A stretch of 64,000 nucleotides of DNA from the human T2T-CHM13v2.0 reference genome, Homo sapiens. Shown here one piece after another: positions 24,286 through 37,700 of this stretch. How positions within the stretch are numbered: the first letter of the stretch is position 1; every line of letters starts with the position of its first letter. The notes below the pieces were generated by a model. That model was not told the DNA's origin. It did not search any database and saw nothing but the letters and a program-made list of their open reading frames with translations. Both the position numbers and the translations under genes were made by a program. The stretch is taken from assembly GCF_009914755.1 (NCBI RefSeq), contig NC_060925.1; one strand, 5' to 3'.

Positions 24286-27200
24286 TTCCTCCACCTCCTT
24301 CTTCCCTTCCTCCAACTTCTTTAAGGCTCTGTGAGCTCTCACATTTCACAATTCCATGATTTGCTGACCTGAGGGCCCCTAAAGTTAGTTAAAAGACCCA
24401 CCTATGGAGTATATTCCCCAGGTCCCTGCCAAGAGTCTAGGTTTTGTGATGAGAACCTAGATGTGATCAGGGAGGTGGGTAACATGTGTCCAGAGTGAGG
24501 CTGAGGAAGTACTAATGGAAGAACTGAAATGGTGGCCCTGCTGGCAGTGCAGAACAGCTCAGGGATGTTGTCAACAGGATTGAAGCAGATGCAAGAAAAT
24601 GAGAGGCCCTCTTGACCCACTTAGCACAAAACTGGCAGTTTCATTTCTTGGCTCGAGCAGAAGGAATAAATGCTGAGAGAAGGAAGTGCTGCCACTACCC
24701 TGGAGCACTTTGGGGTTATTGGGTTAAAAAAGAGATCGATGGGGACCCTACTGTTACCTGCCAAATCCCATTCTCCTCATGCCAAAGTGGTTTTAAAATG
24801 AGTTGCAATAAGGAAGTAGCGAGGGTAAACTTTGTGTTGCAGAGGGACTGAGAGAAAGCCCAATGAGTTAATGTGGAAGGCGGGAGACTCAGAGCAGGAA
24901 AAGACATGGGTCAGAAGTGACAGGAGCCATGTCTTGCCTGTTCTTCAAGAGGCAGAGCACGATGCCACCCAAAACAAAACCCAGAGAGTAGAACTGTCTT
25001 TACTTCCTGTCAACCTGATGAGTTGTAATATCTGAGGACACTGGAGCTGAGCAGTGATGGCTCAAACGTACTTGATTGCTGCTGGAATGTGGCAGTAGAG
25101 AAGAGCCTCAACTTCCAAGGTCAAGGATGCTAGAGGGAAGATTTTTAAGAAGCCAAATGGGGACCCTCCCTTTTCTCTCTTCCCTATCCTGCTGCGCCTC
25201 ACCACTCCAGGATACTACACTCAGCTCAGACTCCTGCTCACAAGACTAGGGCGACAGTCCCGTCCTGGCAACCTGGCTGCTCTTGTCACCACCCGCGGTT
25301 TTCGCATCTGGCCACTCCACACTGCTTCTCACTTCACAGTGGTCAGCGCTCTGTCCAGACATTACCTAACTCATCAGACACACGGCCTTCCTGCAAGAGA
25401 GGTGACAGGAATTATCCTCCTTATTTCAAAGAACTGGAGGCAGAAACACCCAGGATCTAAAAGGTCTTCTCAGTGACTTGCAATAAATTATGGAAAGGCT
25501 GACAGAGAAGAGCCCTTGAGATAGTAAGCTAGGATCAGAACAACAAAGTGCATTGCCCCTTTTGGAGGCCTCTACCTTCTTCTCTCTAGGGATTATCATA
25601 ACTGAAGCGCTTCCTGAGGCATCAGCCCCTAGCTCCAAGGCCAAGGCTCCTCTCAACACTCCAGGGAGTGTGCAGTGCAGCTGGTTCTGCCTCGTTTATT
25701 TTAATACCACACATAAGCCATATGCAGCGGCACTTGACCACAGGGTCAGGTGCTAGTCAGGGGTGCAGAAACACATTCTTCTGCAAGGCTTCAGCAAGAG
25801 AGTCAGGGGAACCAGTGCATGCTGAGTAGAATGGATTCATTATTAGTGGTCCCACGCAAACCCTCTCAGTACAGGTGATGGCTTCATTCCAACAATCAAT
25901 CAATGGGAAATATGGAAGGTCAACACAAATTTGCACAAAAAATGTTAAGGCATTCATTAAGAAACAAAAGGAAAAACTCATCAAGTAACAGTAATTATCA
26001 AACTTTTTGCCCACACTAATGACAATTAATACCCAACAACTGCCTAGCACATTTTGTGGTTTATTGAGTTCTCAAAAATATAATACCTTAGAGCATCTGT
26101 TCCTCAGCAAAATGCCATGAAGGAGGCACAGTAGGTACTATTTTTCCCTTGTTACAGATGAGGCAGGCAACAGAGTCTACCAAATATATAATAACCCTGA
26201 CTCAACACCCCAAAGATGGTGACCACAGATCATGGAAGGTGGAACCTCACATTCCTATCTGGCTACCCTAACCTCAACCCAGTGGGCTACTGGGTGGCCC
26301 CTGGGCTACTTCTTTATGCTAGGAGTTCAGGGTTCTCGATAGCAGACTTTCTCTACAGACAGCAGTTACTTACTGCAAACTGCCTCTTTCCCACCCTGGC
26401 TCTATGAGCTGATTACATTTTGGCCAGTGGTGCAGCAAGAAATTGGCATAGCCAAACCTTTGGGAGGCCTCAGGATCGATTTGTGAGCTAACCCCAGGCA
26501 GGAAGCCGAATTCAGTGGCCGATTAGCAAAGAAAGGAGAAGTAAAAGAACTAAGCCCCAGAATGGCAAGTCTATTTCCATCTTGCCCAGGAGGAGGACTG
26601 GTCCATTGTGTAAAAGGTTTGATTTAAGGGCATTTAATTCTGTTCTCTCTGATGGAGCCGTTTTTGAGGAAGACTTTCAGCCACACTTTTGATTATCACA
26701 GGGCTTAGGAGCTGCTTCCCATGGAGGGCTTGACTCTTGCTTCCAGGTATACCACATTTCTCTTTCTAAGAAGTACAGGGTGCTAGCTCAGCATCTTTTC
26801 CCCACTAGGATGAGTACATCAGCTTCAAGCAGGTAGCCAGCATTTGAAATCCCAGTTAGGATCCTCAGCCTGGCAGTGGAGCGTCTACTCTACTAATTTA
26901 CCCAAGCATTTCTTATATTTTCATCTCATTTCATCCTCACAAGAAGCATCTGGAAGATAATGAAACTGAGGCTGATAGAGTTCAGTAGCGCATTTGAGGC
27001 CAAATTATTCAAGTCATTCTCACTCCAAGTCTTTCCTCAGGCCTCTACTGCAGATGAATCCTCTCCCACAAAATTCTCACCAGGAGGGATGAGATAAAGA
27101 AGGCCTATATGAGATATTTAGTAAGGGCGTGAGTGTGAGCTTCATGGCGCTTTGGCTAAACACTGTATCATCTTAGATTTTAGCTTGGGAGGAACTTAGC

Positions 27201-27579
27201 CATGATGGATTTCTATGTCTGATGTATATCGCCTGAAGCATTTTGCTAACAGCTACCACAGAAGCCACTGCCCAGAGGAACAAAGAAAAAACACAGGAAC
27301 AGAAAATTCTCTTCTTAAAAATCAGGTAGGAGATTAAGTTCTCTTTATTATCAATTAGTAGGTCTTTAGGATTCACCAGCATGTTTTGATAGAGGAGGAG
27401 GAGTGGGAGTAAGTTAGCACCACTAAAAGGGGCAATAACTTTTATTACTCTCAGTGAAAATTAAGGACTGCTTTCATTATCCAAATGCAAAGAGAAAGCA
27501 TTTTCACATGGGGCTATAGAGAGCTGCCTACTATCTCAAGTCTGCTTGTGTGGTAGTCCGTGCTCTCCTCTCACACGCC

Positions 27580-27960
27580 AACCCATCACTTGGCAAGTGT
27601 TCAGCCAGCATCAGCTAAGTGCCTAGCATTGTGCCAGATGCTGGCAGAAGATAGCAGTGCTGTGAGACCTCACTTCTGATCTTAACAGGGCTTAAAATAT
27701 AGTTAGAGTAATATGATCTATGTATAAACAAAGTGATTAGCAACCAATTCAAGACAGCATAAAACAGTATTTATGAGAAAGACAATAAATGCCAAATGAT
27801 TTAAAGCAGTGAAAGGCCACAAGGAATGAAGTAGTTAGAGATTTTACGAAGAAATGGGAATTTGCCTGAGTCTTTTGGTGCATGGATTGGATAAACAGAG
27901 AGAGAAGGCAATCCAAGTATAGAGATTAATTTAGGCAAAAAGCTAGAGTTCAGAATGAGT
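27580..27960 (-). mobile_element. L2 3' fragment
   Basis: 'cagcatcagctaagtgcctagcattgtgccagatgctgg...cttctgatcttaacagggcttaaaatatagt'. Confidence 0.6.
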
Positions 27961-28244
27961 ATAATGAAATTAATGTATATTATATTTGTGTTTCAAATGA
28001 CTATGCAAAGATTAAGTGGATTGATTGCCCATTTAATCCCTCACTGGTTTGTAGAGGAGAATTAAATGCTAATAGATGAAGTATTGACAAAGGCCAAGTA
28101 GTCTTTAAAGTGAACACCATTCCTTTATAAGAATGTAGGTTGCTTACCTAGATGTAGAGGCAAAAATTCTGATGCATCCTTCACAACCCCTCACACCTCC
28201 CTTGTGGGGAAAAGTCCCTGAAATTACTATGGATATTAATGATA

Positions 28245-28770
28245 AAAATAGGTATATAAAACACTGTATTGGCTCAGACCAATGATCCATTCAGACCAGG
28301 ATTCAGTCATTGAAAATGACACCAAGTATATTACACGAAGGACATTACTGTATTTTGGGACCTCAATCTCAAAAAGTTAGCACTAGTACCCTAAACACCC
28401 TTAATTTCCTCATAGTTGCCGATTATGGCTCCATAAAATATGAACTTACCTCGATTATTCTTCAACCAATTTGTATTTTCTGACAACCTCTCTTCAAAGG
28501 ATAATATATTCTATGTGTTTACCACCCACTATATTAAGTAATAATAATACTCTCTTTCATTTCTCCCAAATTAACTCTCCTTCAAGCTTCAAAGGATGCC
28601 CTTTATTTCTAATATTCCAAGATGTTATGAACAAATCTATATCCATTTAATTAGGACTTCTCTTGGCCCCCACCTATCTAAACTGAAGAGTGTTTAATCT
28701 GTCCTTACATTAAAAATGTCTTCCACCTATTTGGTTATTCTTGCTTGCTTCCTCAGGTGCTTTCTTGGCT
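28245..28770 (-). mobile_element. Ancient CR1-clade LINE (L3/Plat_L3-like) fragment
   Basis: 'tattggctcagaccaatgatccattcagaccaggattc' and 'tttaccacccactatattaagtaa...ttcaagcttcaaaggatgcccttta' resemble a reversed amniote CR1 3' region. Confidence 0.6.
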
Positions 28771-31700
28771 CATTCCTTGCTGTCAGTGCTTTTATTTTAT
28801 CATCACCATCATCATCATTATCCTATCAGATATATCTTAGGACCATCATCTGATTGCCTTGGGCTTCCCACCTCTGAGACCCTCAGCTGCTTGCTCCATT
28901 TTAGCTGCCCTTAGTAACTGATGAAGTTGACCTGAGCCAGCATGGCTTTGCTGCTTAGGAATAGCTACTTGACTGAGAGTGACAGATCCTCCTTCCCTTG
29001 GCTAGAGACATACACCAGGCTAACAAGCTGTACCCCTTGTGTCTTAGCATCTCTTGCAACTTCCAGATCAAATGAAATGCGATACTCTAGGGTCTGAGAT
29101 CTGGCTTGCTGAGTGGCCACTGCAGGAGCCAGGTGATGCAACCCAGTAGCACAGGAGAGTTAATAAAGGACGAATGGAAAACAGGAAAAAGGAAGGGGCC
29201 AAGTGGATAAACAGTTGCTCCTTCCTCTTTTCCATGGACGGCCCCAAAGAGTGGGATACCTCTGTCCAAAGATTTCCCATTTGGCAAAGCAAATGTGCAT
29301 ACTAAGTGACTTGCTAAGTCTTCTTGCTGCCATCCTGAAGCAAAGGCCATTATGATAACGTGTCATCATGCATCACTTCTCATTATTTCCTTGCTCACTG
29401 CTCATTCTCTTCATTTTTGTGGTCCTTGCCTTGCTATTAAAAGCAACATAATTTAGTGCATGCCTCAAGCCCTGTTTTCTAGGGAACCTGGGCCAAGGTA
29501 ATGATCAAGAATACTCCAAAGGTTCATTGATGATCCAGTGCTTTCTGGGCTCTGTGGTAGATTCTGGTGATACCAGAAGGAAAAATACAATGTTACTGAG
29601 CAGTCAAGATGTATATGGAAAAAGATAAATAACATTTTGAAGCTAACATATGCCCCCATGCCAAGTAGACAGCATAAACAATAAGCATAAAAGGCTTTTA
29701 GAGGGTGAGCAATCATTGGAACAGTCAGACAAATCTTATGCAGGTAGGTCACACTCACATGGGCTGCAAAAAATGAAGTTTTATTTTTTTTTAAAAAAAG
29801 AAATTATTCTTCAATTCTCTCATTTAAGCTTCTCTGATAGTTCTGAAATTTATTTCCATTGGCTTACATTCCTGTATGTGGAAGACTTTAGTGTCGATTG
29901 CACACTAAAGAAATTTCATTATGACCTCTCTCTTCTATAAAAATATTAAAATGTTAAATTAAAAATTTGAAGTAGTGGTTTCTAGAAGACCCCACGGTTA
30001 ATGCTTTTTATTCCGAGAAGCACTCATTTATTCTCTTCTTTGGCATCTACACCAGTTTTTCACCCATGTCACAATACTTTCCACTATTCCACCCATGCCC
30101 ATGCCTTCTCCATAACTGAGCAGCTACCATACACCTCACCCACCACGTCCATTGGGGTCTGAAGCCCAAGGCTCTAACCACCATGCTATCTTTCCACTCT
30201 GGCTATGGTTTGTGCCCATTCAGTGGTACTTTCTTGGTTAGTGCTTCACCTCTGTCCTTCAATGGAAGGTGACCTGAGGGCCCAGAGGTCCCCTCTGAAG
30301 ATCCCTGGGTATTGCCGATACTTGTGCAGGGCAGCCAGTGACTCAGGGTTCTCATTCAGGAGCCATCTGACATATTTGGCCCACAGTGTTACAATTTTAC
30401 TTTCAAACTCTTTCTAAACTGTTGGATGGATGGCATCGCATTTTGATGATTTATTTAAACAGTTTGTCAGGTCAACAGCGTCCTGTACGCATATGATGCA
30501 AAACGTAAATGTTTGCTGTAGATGTAATTTTTCATGTCAACTTATGCAGCAACAGAAAATGACCTTTATTCCAGAGAGATACAATTTCTTTACAAATAAT
30601 AACTTACAATGCCCTAGTGAAGCAATCATCAGGTTCTAATAAAATAAAACTAATAATAATAATATAAATGTAAGTTTCCATTAACTAGCAGAAGTGGTTT
30701 GGGGGGCTTCATCTTTTCTTAATTACAACCCTGTATAGGAATTTAAAGGTTATTCACATAATTTTCTGTCTTTAGATGAATTAGGGAAAACAAGATAATT
30801 TTGAAAAGGAGTCATAACTTAGAAGCACTGTATAAAAAAAGAAAACAAAAGAGTATCCATTTCTTTTTCTCACAAGCCTTTCTGAAGATTATTTTTTAGC
30901 TTCATAGGCTATCCTCACCCCAAATTTTCTTATTATGCATCAGACAGACTCTACGCCTAGTATTAGACTTTTTATGGTGAGTTCAAAGACCCAAATTGCA
31001 TTTAATGTTTGCTTAATTGAATCAAAATTCTAAAAGTCAAAACATTATTAGAGTTAAAATTGTTACCCTCAAATTCTCCATATATTTCTTTCAAAAGTCA
31101 AATGAGTTACTTTTGAACAAGCTCACAATTTTAAAAATATTCTTACCCTTCATTTGGAGAACTAACAGTACTACTGCTATTTTTGAAATTGGTGCATGTC
31201 TGTTCATGTGTATGCACCAAATATGAGATCTCTAAGTGACTCCCAAATCAAAATCTAGAAGAAACATCTGTGAGAAAATCACTCTTCCCTTTTTTCTGTG
31301 ATTTCAAAAGTGTGTTTATGGTCTTTGGGTATTAGACAAGAATCTAAAAGACTAATCTCCTATGGGGCAACTGAGGGAAAGAGTTGTTTAATTTTATAGA
31401 ATGCATTGAAAAGAATTTGGAGAAGTCGGTAGAATTAGCAACCTGACCCAGCAAAGCCTGGCTCAGCCACTGGCCTGAGGAGATAGCAATCACTTATCTC
31501 CACTCTGTATATGACATGAGCATTGAAATTTCTTATCATCCATGACATAGGAATATGATAAACAGTCAAAAAAGAAGTATGAATGTAAGAACAAAGAGGG
31601 AAGTAGCCTGTGGTTGTCAAAGGTGCCAACGAGCTCCAAGAAAGGATGGTGTTACCATCAGGATTATTTTAAGAAGACCAGGTCAGTATTCTAAACCAGA

Positions 31701-32329
31701 CCAATAGATGAAGATGATAAACCAGACTGATAGATGAAAGAAACCAGACCACATTTCACCATATAGTGGAATTCATCTTATTGGGAAAACAACAGACGAA
31801 TACACTCCAAGCAGTGTAAAAATTTCCCAGTAGGCATATGTAAGGGATAAGAGTGTCAGTTCCTGGGCTATATAATCACTGCGTTCATAGAACAAGTTGG
31901 CATGAATTCCAGGTGAGAAACTGGGGACCACTCATGAATGGAAGAGATCATTATAGTTTCAAAATCAAACTACAAATAAGTGTAAGGACAGAGGAAAGGC
32001 TTGGGGAGGTGAAATGTGAAGAAATAGGCAGCTTGTAGGTCGCAAGGAACCCACCAAGCAAGGAAGCAGGAGGCTGGGAGGGATCAATGCCACCGCCAGA
32101 TCTAGAAGCACTGTCAACTCAAATCTTCTTCAGCCTGAGAGGCTGAATATCTTTGTTTAGCTTCTACCTGAGAAAGAGAGTTGAACAGAAAGAAAGGAAT
32201 GGGGAAAATAATAACCACTTAAAAAAAGAGAAAAATGCACTTAACATTCTTGAGACCCAGTGACGTGCTAAAAGTCATGCTATATTCTCTTCCTTGCATT
32301 CCATCTTCTAATGTTAACAAGAACCCTTC

Positions 32330-32640
32330 GCTGGAAGTGGTGGCTCACGCCTGTAATCCCAGCACTTTGGGAGGCCGAGGCGGGCAGATCATGAGGTCAG
32401 AAGATCGAGACCATCCTGGCTAACACGGTGAAACCCCGTCTCTGCTTAAAATACAAAAACTAGCTGGACATGGTGGCACGCACCTGTAGTCCCAGCTACT
32501 CAGAAGGCTGAGGCAGGAGAATCACTTGAACCCAGGAGGTGGAGGTTGTGGTGAGCCAAGATCTTGACACTGCGCTCCAGCCTGGGCAACAGCGAGACTC
32601 CATCTCAAAAAAATAAAAAAGAAAAAAGAATTTAAAAAAG
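32330..32640 (+). mobile_element. AluSc/Sc8-like inserted in a minus-strand MIR
   Basis: 'gatcgagaccatcctggctaacacggtg' with an S-type right arm; TSD aagaac(c/a)cttc; MIR resumes at 32650 'attattacctgcatttcacagattagaaagctgaggctcaga'. Confidence 0.95.
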
Positions 32641-33769
32641 AACACTTCAATGTGAGTATTATTACCTGCATTTCACAGATTAGAAAGCTGAGGCTCAGAA
32701 AAGTTAACTAACTTGCCCCAAGTCACAGAGCTTATGAGTGAACAATCCCTTTCATGGCTAAACCTTACTTTGTAAACTCATCTACCTTTGCAAATATAAT
32801 TGACATTTTCTTTTACTATTATTTCTTCCTGTTTAAATTCCTTTTACAAAACAGCCACCTTGTCTCAGTCAACAAAGAAGGCCAGAGATAAAACTAGGCT
32901 TTGGCAGTGCATGGCAGGGTGGTCCGTGTGACCCTGGTTATGAGGTTAGGATATCCTCCCAGAGTAGTGAGCAAGTGTACCCTCCCGCCGCAGACCTATC
33001 GTATTTCAACAGGAGGCTTGAAATGAACAACAACAAAGTAAAACAGTCTAGGATGATGACTCTATGGTATGAGAGGTGGCATGGCACCTACCTAATGTTG
33101 ATACTCTTAAAATCGCTCCTGGAGTGCTTCTTTTCTAATGATTTAGGTCCAGAAAAATACCGTGCTTCACCTCCCCCACTTAAAAGTGTCACATTGCAGG
33201 TCACTGGATGGTGCGCTGTCATTTTCATTGAATCCCTGAGCTGTAATCTGGTTTTCTGCACCCACCAGAGTTAGCCTGGGTAAGGGCCACACCCTTCAAG
33301 TAATGCTCTAAACCCCCAAGTTGCAGTTCATCAGGGACTCCAGCTTGTTAAGGCCCATCGCACACTGTCAAGGGTAATTAAATCAGGAATTAGTATCACC
33401 TAGAGACTTTGGCATGAGCCTGGTCCACGTTAAAGTGTTTGACACTAAGTGGTGGAGGCAGACAAGGTTACCATTAGCTCCTGGCATGCAGCATTCTCTC
33501 TGAGGTTTGCAGAGGCTGGTTGTTAGGTCCCTTGAGAAGGAGAAAGCTTTATATTTCAGTTTTCCTAAAATGTTATTTTTTCTATCCTTAGACCAAGTTT
33601 GCACTTATTGGATTTTTTAATTAAAGGACATGACAAATTTCACTCTTCAAATCCTATTAAAAAGCACCTTCCCCTCAAGTCACCAGAAGCTGCTCTTGTC
33701 TATCCTCCCAGATGGATGGAGCTGCCCAAGTGGTCCTTACTGCTGTATTTACTCCCTGTCTGCCTGGGC

Positions 33770-34060
33770 TACAGTGAATGTGCCTCTCATCCACTTCTGG
33801 TGGAAATATAAATTAATACAACCCTTCTGGAAAGCCATTTGGTAATATGTTCCAAGAACTTTAAAATGCTCATACCCTTTTGACAGAGTGTGTAATTGTA
33901 CTTCTGGGAATCTATCCCAAGAAAATAATCAGAAATACAAAAAGAACTCTGTTATACCATAGATGTTCACTGCAGCATTAGGTATAATTGCAAAAAAAAA
34001 GTGAAATTTCAGTATTATCCAATAGAATACTTAACATCCATATGCTAGAATATCATTGTT
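33770..34060 (+). mobile_element. L1M 3' fragment
   Basis: 'ctggtggaaatataaattaatacaacccttctggaaagccatttggtaatatg...cttctgggaatctatccc'. Confidence 0.75.
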
Positions 34061-34313
34061 TATTTTATTCAACAACTATATATTGAGAGATTATGTTGTG
34101 TCACAAACTGATAGGAACTGAGAATTTAATAGTAAACCCATCTGCTGCCTTCCCAGAATTCATAAAATTACATTTTTTTTTTAGATTTTTATAGGATGGA
34201 AATTTGTGTATATTAAATTTTTAAATGAAAAACCAAGATTTTTAAAATACACAGACAATAGGTAAAAATTAGGCTTTAAAAGAGGAAAACATACCTACGT
34301 GTCAGAAGGGTTC

Positions 34314-34718
34314 TGTCAGTCTGTTTAGTGTTGTATAACAGAATACCTGAGAGCAGGTAGTTTATAAAGAAAAGAGACGTATTTGGCTCATGGTTCTGGT
34401 GGATGGAAAGTTCAGGACCGGACATCTGCATCTGGTGAGAGCCTCAGGCTGCTTTGTCTCACAGCAGAAACCAGCAGAAGGAGAGCTATCGGTGAGAGAG
34501 GAAGCCAGGGTGATGATGGGGAAGCACGAGGCTCTTTTTAACAATCAGCTTCTGTGGGAACTAATAAGGTGAGAACTCACTCACCCTGGAGGAAATGTAT
34601 AAGGGATCTGTCCCCAAGACCCAAACACCTCCTACCAGGTCCCACCTCCCAACATTGCCACATTCAGGATCAAATTTCAGCATGAGGTTTGGAAGGGACA
34701 AACATCCAAACCATAGCA
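34314..34718 (-). mobile_element. MSTB-like MaLR solo LTR
   Basis: TG...CA ends, perfect 5-bp TSD GGTTC (34309-34313, 34719-34723), 'ggacaaacatccaaaccatagca'. Confidence 0.9.
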
Positions 34719-37700
34719 GGTTCCCTCTGGTTGGTAAGGTTATTAGTGATTTTCCCCTTCTTTATTCTTTCCTATCATTTCTAAAACCAATACTGTGAAC
34801 ATATATTACCTTTATAATTGAAGGAGGTGAGGAAAGTATTGCATTTCTAAAAACATGTGAACAAAGACAAATAACAATCTAATCAATTCCTTTCTCCTGA
34901 GTAGGACACAAGATTCTTATCTTGGCTAAGAAGATTCACGTCTGCCTTTTAGGTTACCAGTTACTATCTTCAATTTGGACTTCGTCACCAGTAGAGATGA
35001 GTAGGTACCAAATGAAGTCATCATAGAGGAATGATGGCAGTCTGCTTTTCTCATCCTGTGGCTTCATTCAGGTAACTTTGTGATTCTGCAGCTGAATTTT
35101 TGCATGCCCTTTCCTGAACCCAATATCTCCTAAGCCCACTCATCAGGAGGAAGGTGCAGATATACCAGCAGCAGGGTCTCCTTTCTGCATTAGATAATCA
35201 TGTCAATGGAACATCCCAAGTCTGGAAGCTGTAATCTATAATCTAGAATCCCTCCAAGTTTTGAATACCAACTGGGTAATGGCTAGGATCTACCTGGGAC
35301 TGAACTCCAAAGGCCCTGACAGAAAAAACAGAGCTAATAAAATTCCACTCTGCAAGCCACCTCGTATCCTGCCTTGGTATACCTTCTAGCACTTGCTTAG
35401 CAAACTGCCTGTGTTTAGCAGGTCTAAACTGCTATGATGCCAGTAAAGCTGTTCACTGAAGACCTGAAATCACACACATTTGCTTATGCATTTCCCAAGT
35501 AAAATGATGTGTTAAGGGATACTCATACTCAGAGTGAGAAGGGGGTAAAAACATGAGGGAGATGTTCCAATATTGGTGGTTTCCCTCTCCTTGTGATCCA
35601 GCATGGGTCAGATTCTCCAGAAAAAGAATTCTTTTTGGTTAGTTCATAAATCACAATGATTCATACACTATAATTTTAAAGATAGCCTTTAAAGTAGCTC
35701 TAATATTTCGACATAATATCTGTGCCTGTCCAGCTGAATCCTGCTTTTATCACATGTATCACCTTAGTTATCTAACTAAGATATCTGTAAAGATGCCTCT
35801 AAGCATTGACCTAAATAATAATTAGAACTGGAAGAACTATTAGGCAATAATTGTGTGCAAGGCACTTTGCCATTTATAAACTTCTCAGAGGTCAAAAGAA
35901 AATCGAGGATCAGAGTAGTTGAGTAACTGGATAGCAGTCACTCACAGACTGAATTCAAAACAGGGTCTGTCTAGATGCAAAGCCCAAGCTCTTCTTCTCT
36001 TTCCACAACATCTTGTCACCTTAAAAATATTAGGTTTTTTAAATAGACTGAAAGAATTCTCCTCTGTATCAAAAACACATGGCTCAAAGTCCGTGTGCCA
36101 TGTAAGCATGAATGCCCCATAATCCCAAACTCATCAAGCCTTTCTCTTTTCTTTAGGTGGTGATAGACCAAGATGGTAAAAGCATCATGATGGGGCAGGA
36201 ATGGGGTTATATCTTGTCATTAATAATACTTGCACACTGATATCATCAGAGCAAAGGCCATTATTTTACCTATAGTCCTGCTAATGTAAAGACCTTCTAT
36301 TATGCATCTAGCAATAATTTGCAGGTAAGCATCTCCACTCATCCAAAAGGGTGGGAATAAACAAGTTCACAGTTTAGCCCTGTAAAGGTCTAGTTTATTT
36401 TTATTTTTGAAGTGGGGAAAATGAAACTCAAGAAGATAACTAATTTTCTATAGATTGTATGCTTATGCTCTAGATCGCATGCTATATGAGGGAAGGAACA
36501 GGTCACATTTGCCTAAGCACATACATTAATTCATTCAGACATTTATTTATTCCAGTAACTTATCTTGAATATTTACTATGTATCAGATGCTAAGGAAACA
36601 AAATTATCTGGAACTAGAACTGTGTTATGCCTACAGTAGTCACCCAGGGAATGTGTGTTGAAAGCATTTATCGATTGCAAATAACAGCAGCAGAAATGAG
36701 GGCACAGATCTCTGGATCCACAAATCCCAATCCATTGTGCTAACATCTACAAAATTCATCATTCCATGTACATAGCTAGCCCCCATGCTTCCAAGGAGCA
36801 CTGAGATCCACAGATTAGTAATGGATTGCAAATACAGGAATGTCATTGCATCAACACTAAATGAGTTACATTTTCATTTCACTGAGTGCCTTTTTGCTTC
36901 TGAAATGCAGGCTCCCGAAAGCAGTAGTACCTAACTGACCTCTCCACCACTCATTATCTACTCCTGCTCCATTGCACGGGTCTAATCAGCTCTTACAGTT
37001 CTGATCTTGTTAGAGAACACTGATCTTCCACCCCTGGAGTCCTGCCTAATGGACTACTGGGAGCAATCTCACTGGAGTGGAGAATCACAAGGTGTCTGGA
37101 TTTTTATTCTTGATGTTGGTCTGTTCCCCACCAACCCACTGGAGTGGACTTAGGCAAAGACCACATCGCTATGCTTCAGTCTTACTATTATTCAGTGGGG
37201 AATGAAAGGGGCTATCCTCCTTAATGCTTTAAAGAGATACAAAGGAGATTCATTGTCTGATGTCTGCAAAAATCCTCAAAGAAAAACTCCTGTGAAAAAC
37301 AATGCATCTTTATTGCTTAAAATATCGATTTTTCCTCCAAGTTTTAAAAATGGCTTCACTGTGTGCTTCTACAGAATGCAAAGAGGAAGTGGTAAAAATG
37401 TATACAGGAGGGAGAGGAAACTTCAGCAATAATGATCATCCTGTGAGAAGAGGTATAATCATTATTTTCAGATAAGTTTTGAGAAATGCCTTAGGAATTC
37501 CCAGAGGGATGTCCAAAGCTACCCATTTTGGTTAGTTATAACAATGACCTGAAAAAGAACAGGATGCCAGGAAAGACATTATAGCAGATGAATAATGAAG
37601 AGGTTCAAGTGAATGAAGGCACAGGTCTCCTCTCTCTCCTTCCTTCTCCTGTCCTCAATGACCTTCAATGCAATATTAATAGAAATGCCATCCCTAGGAT

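Noticed and set aside
29526-29600. Possible C/D box snoRNA (TGATGA...CTGA)
   Set aside because: Imperfect C box, no terminal stem, and appears to overlap L2-like sequence
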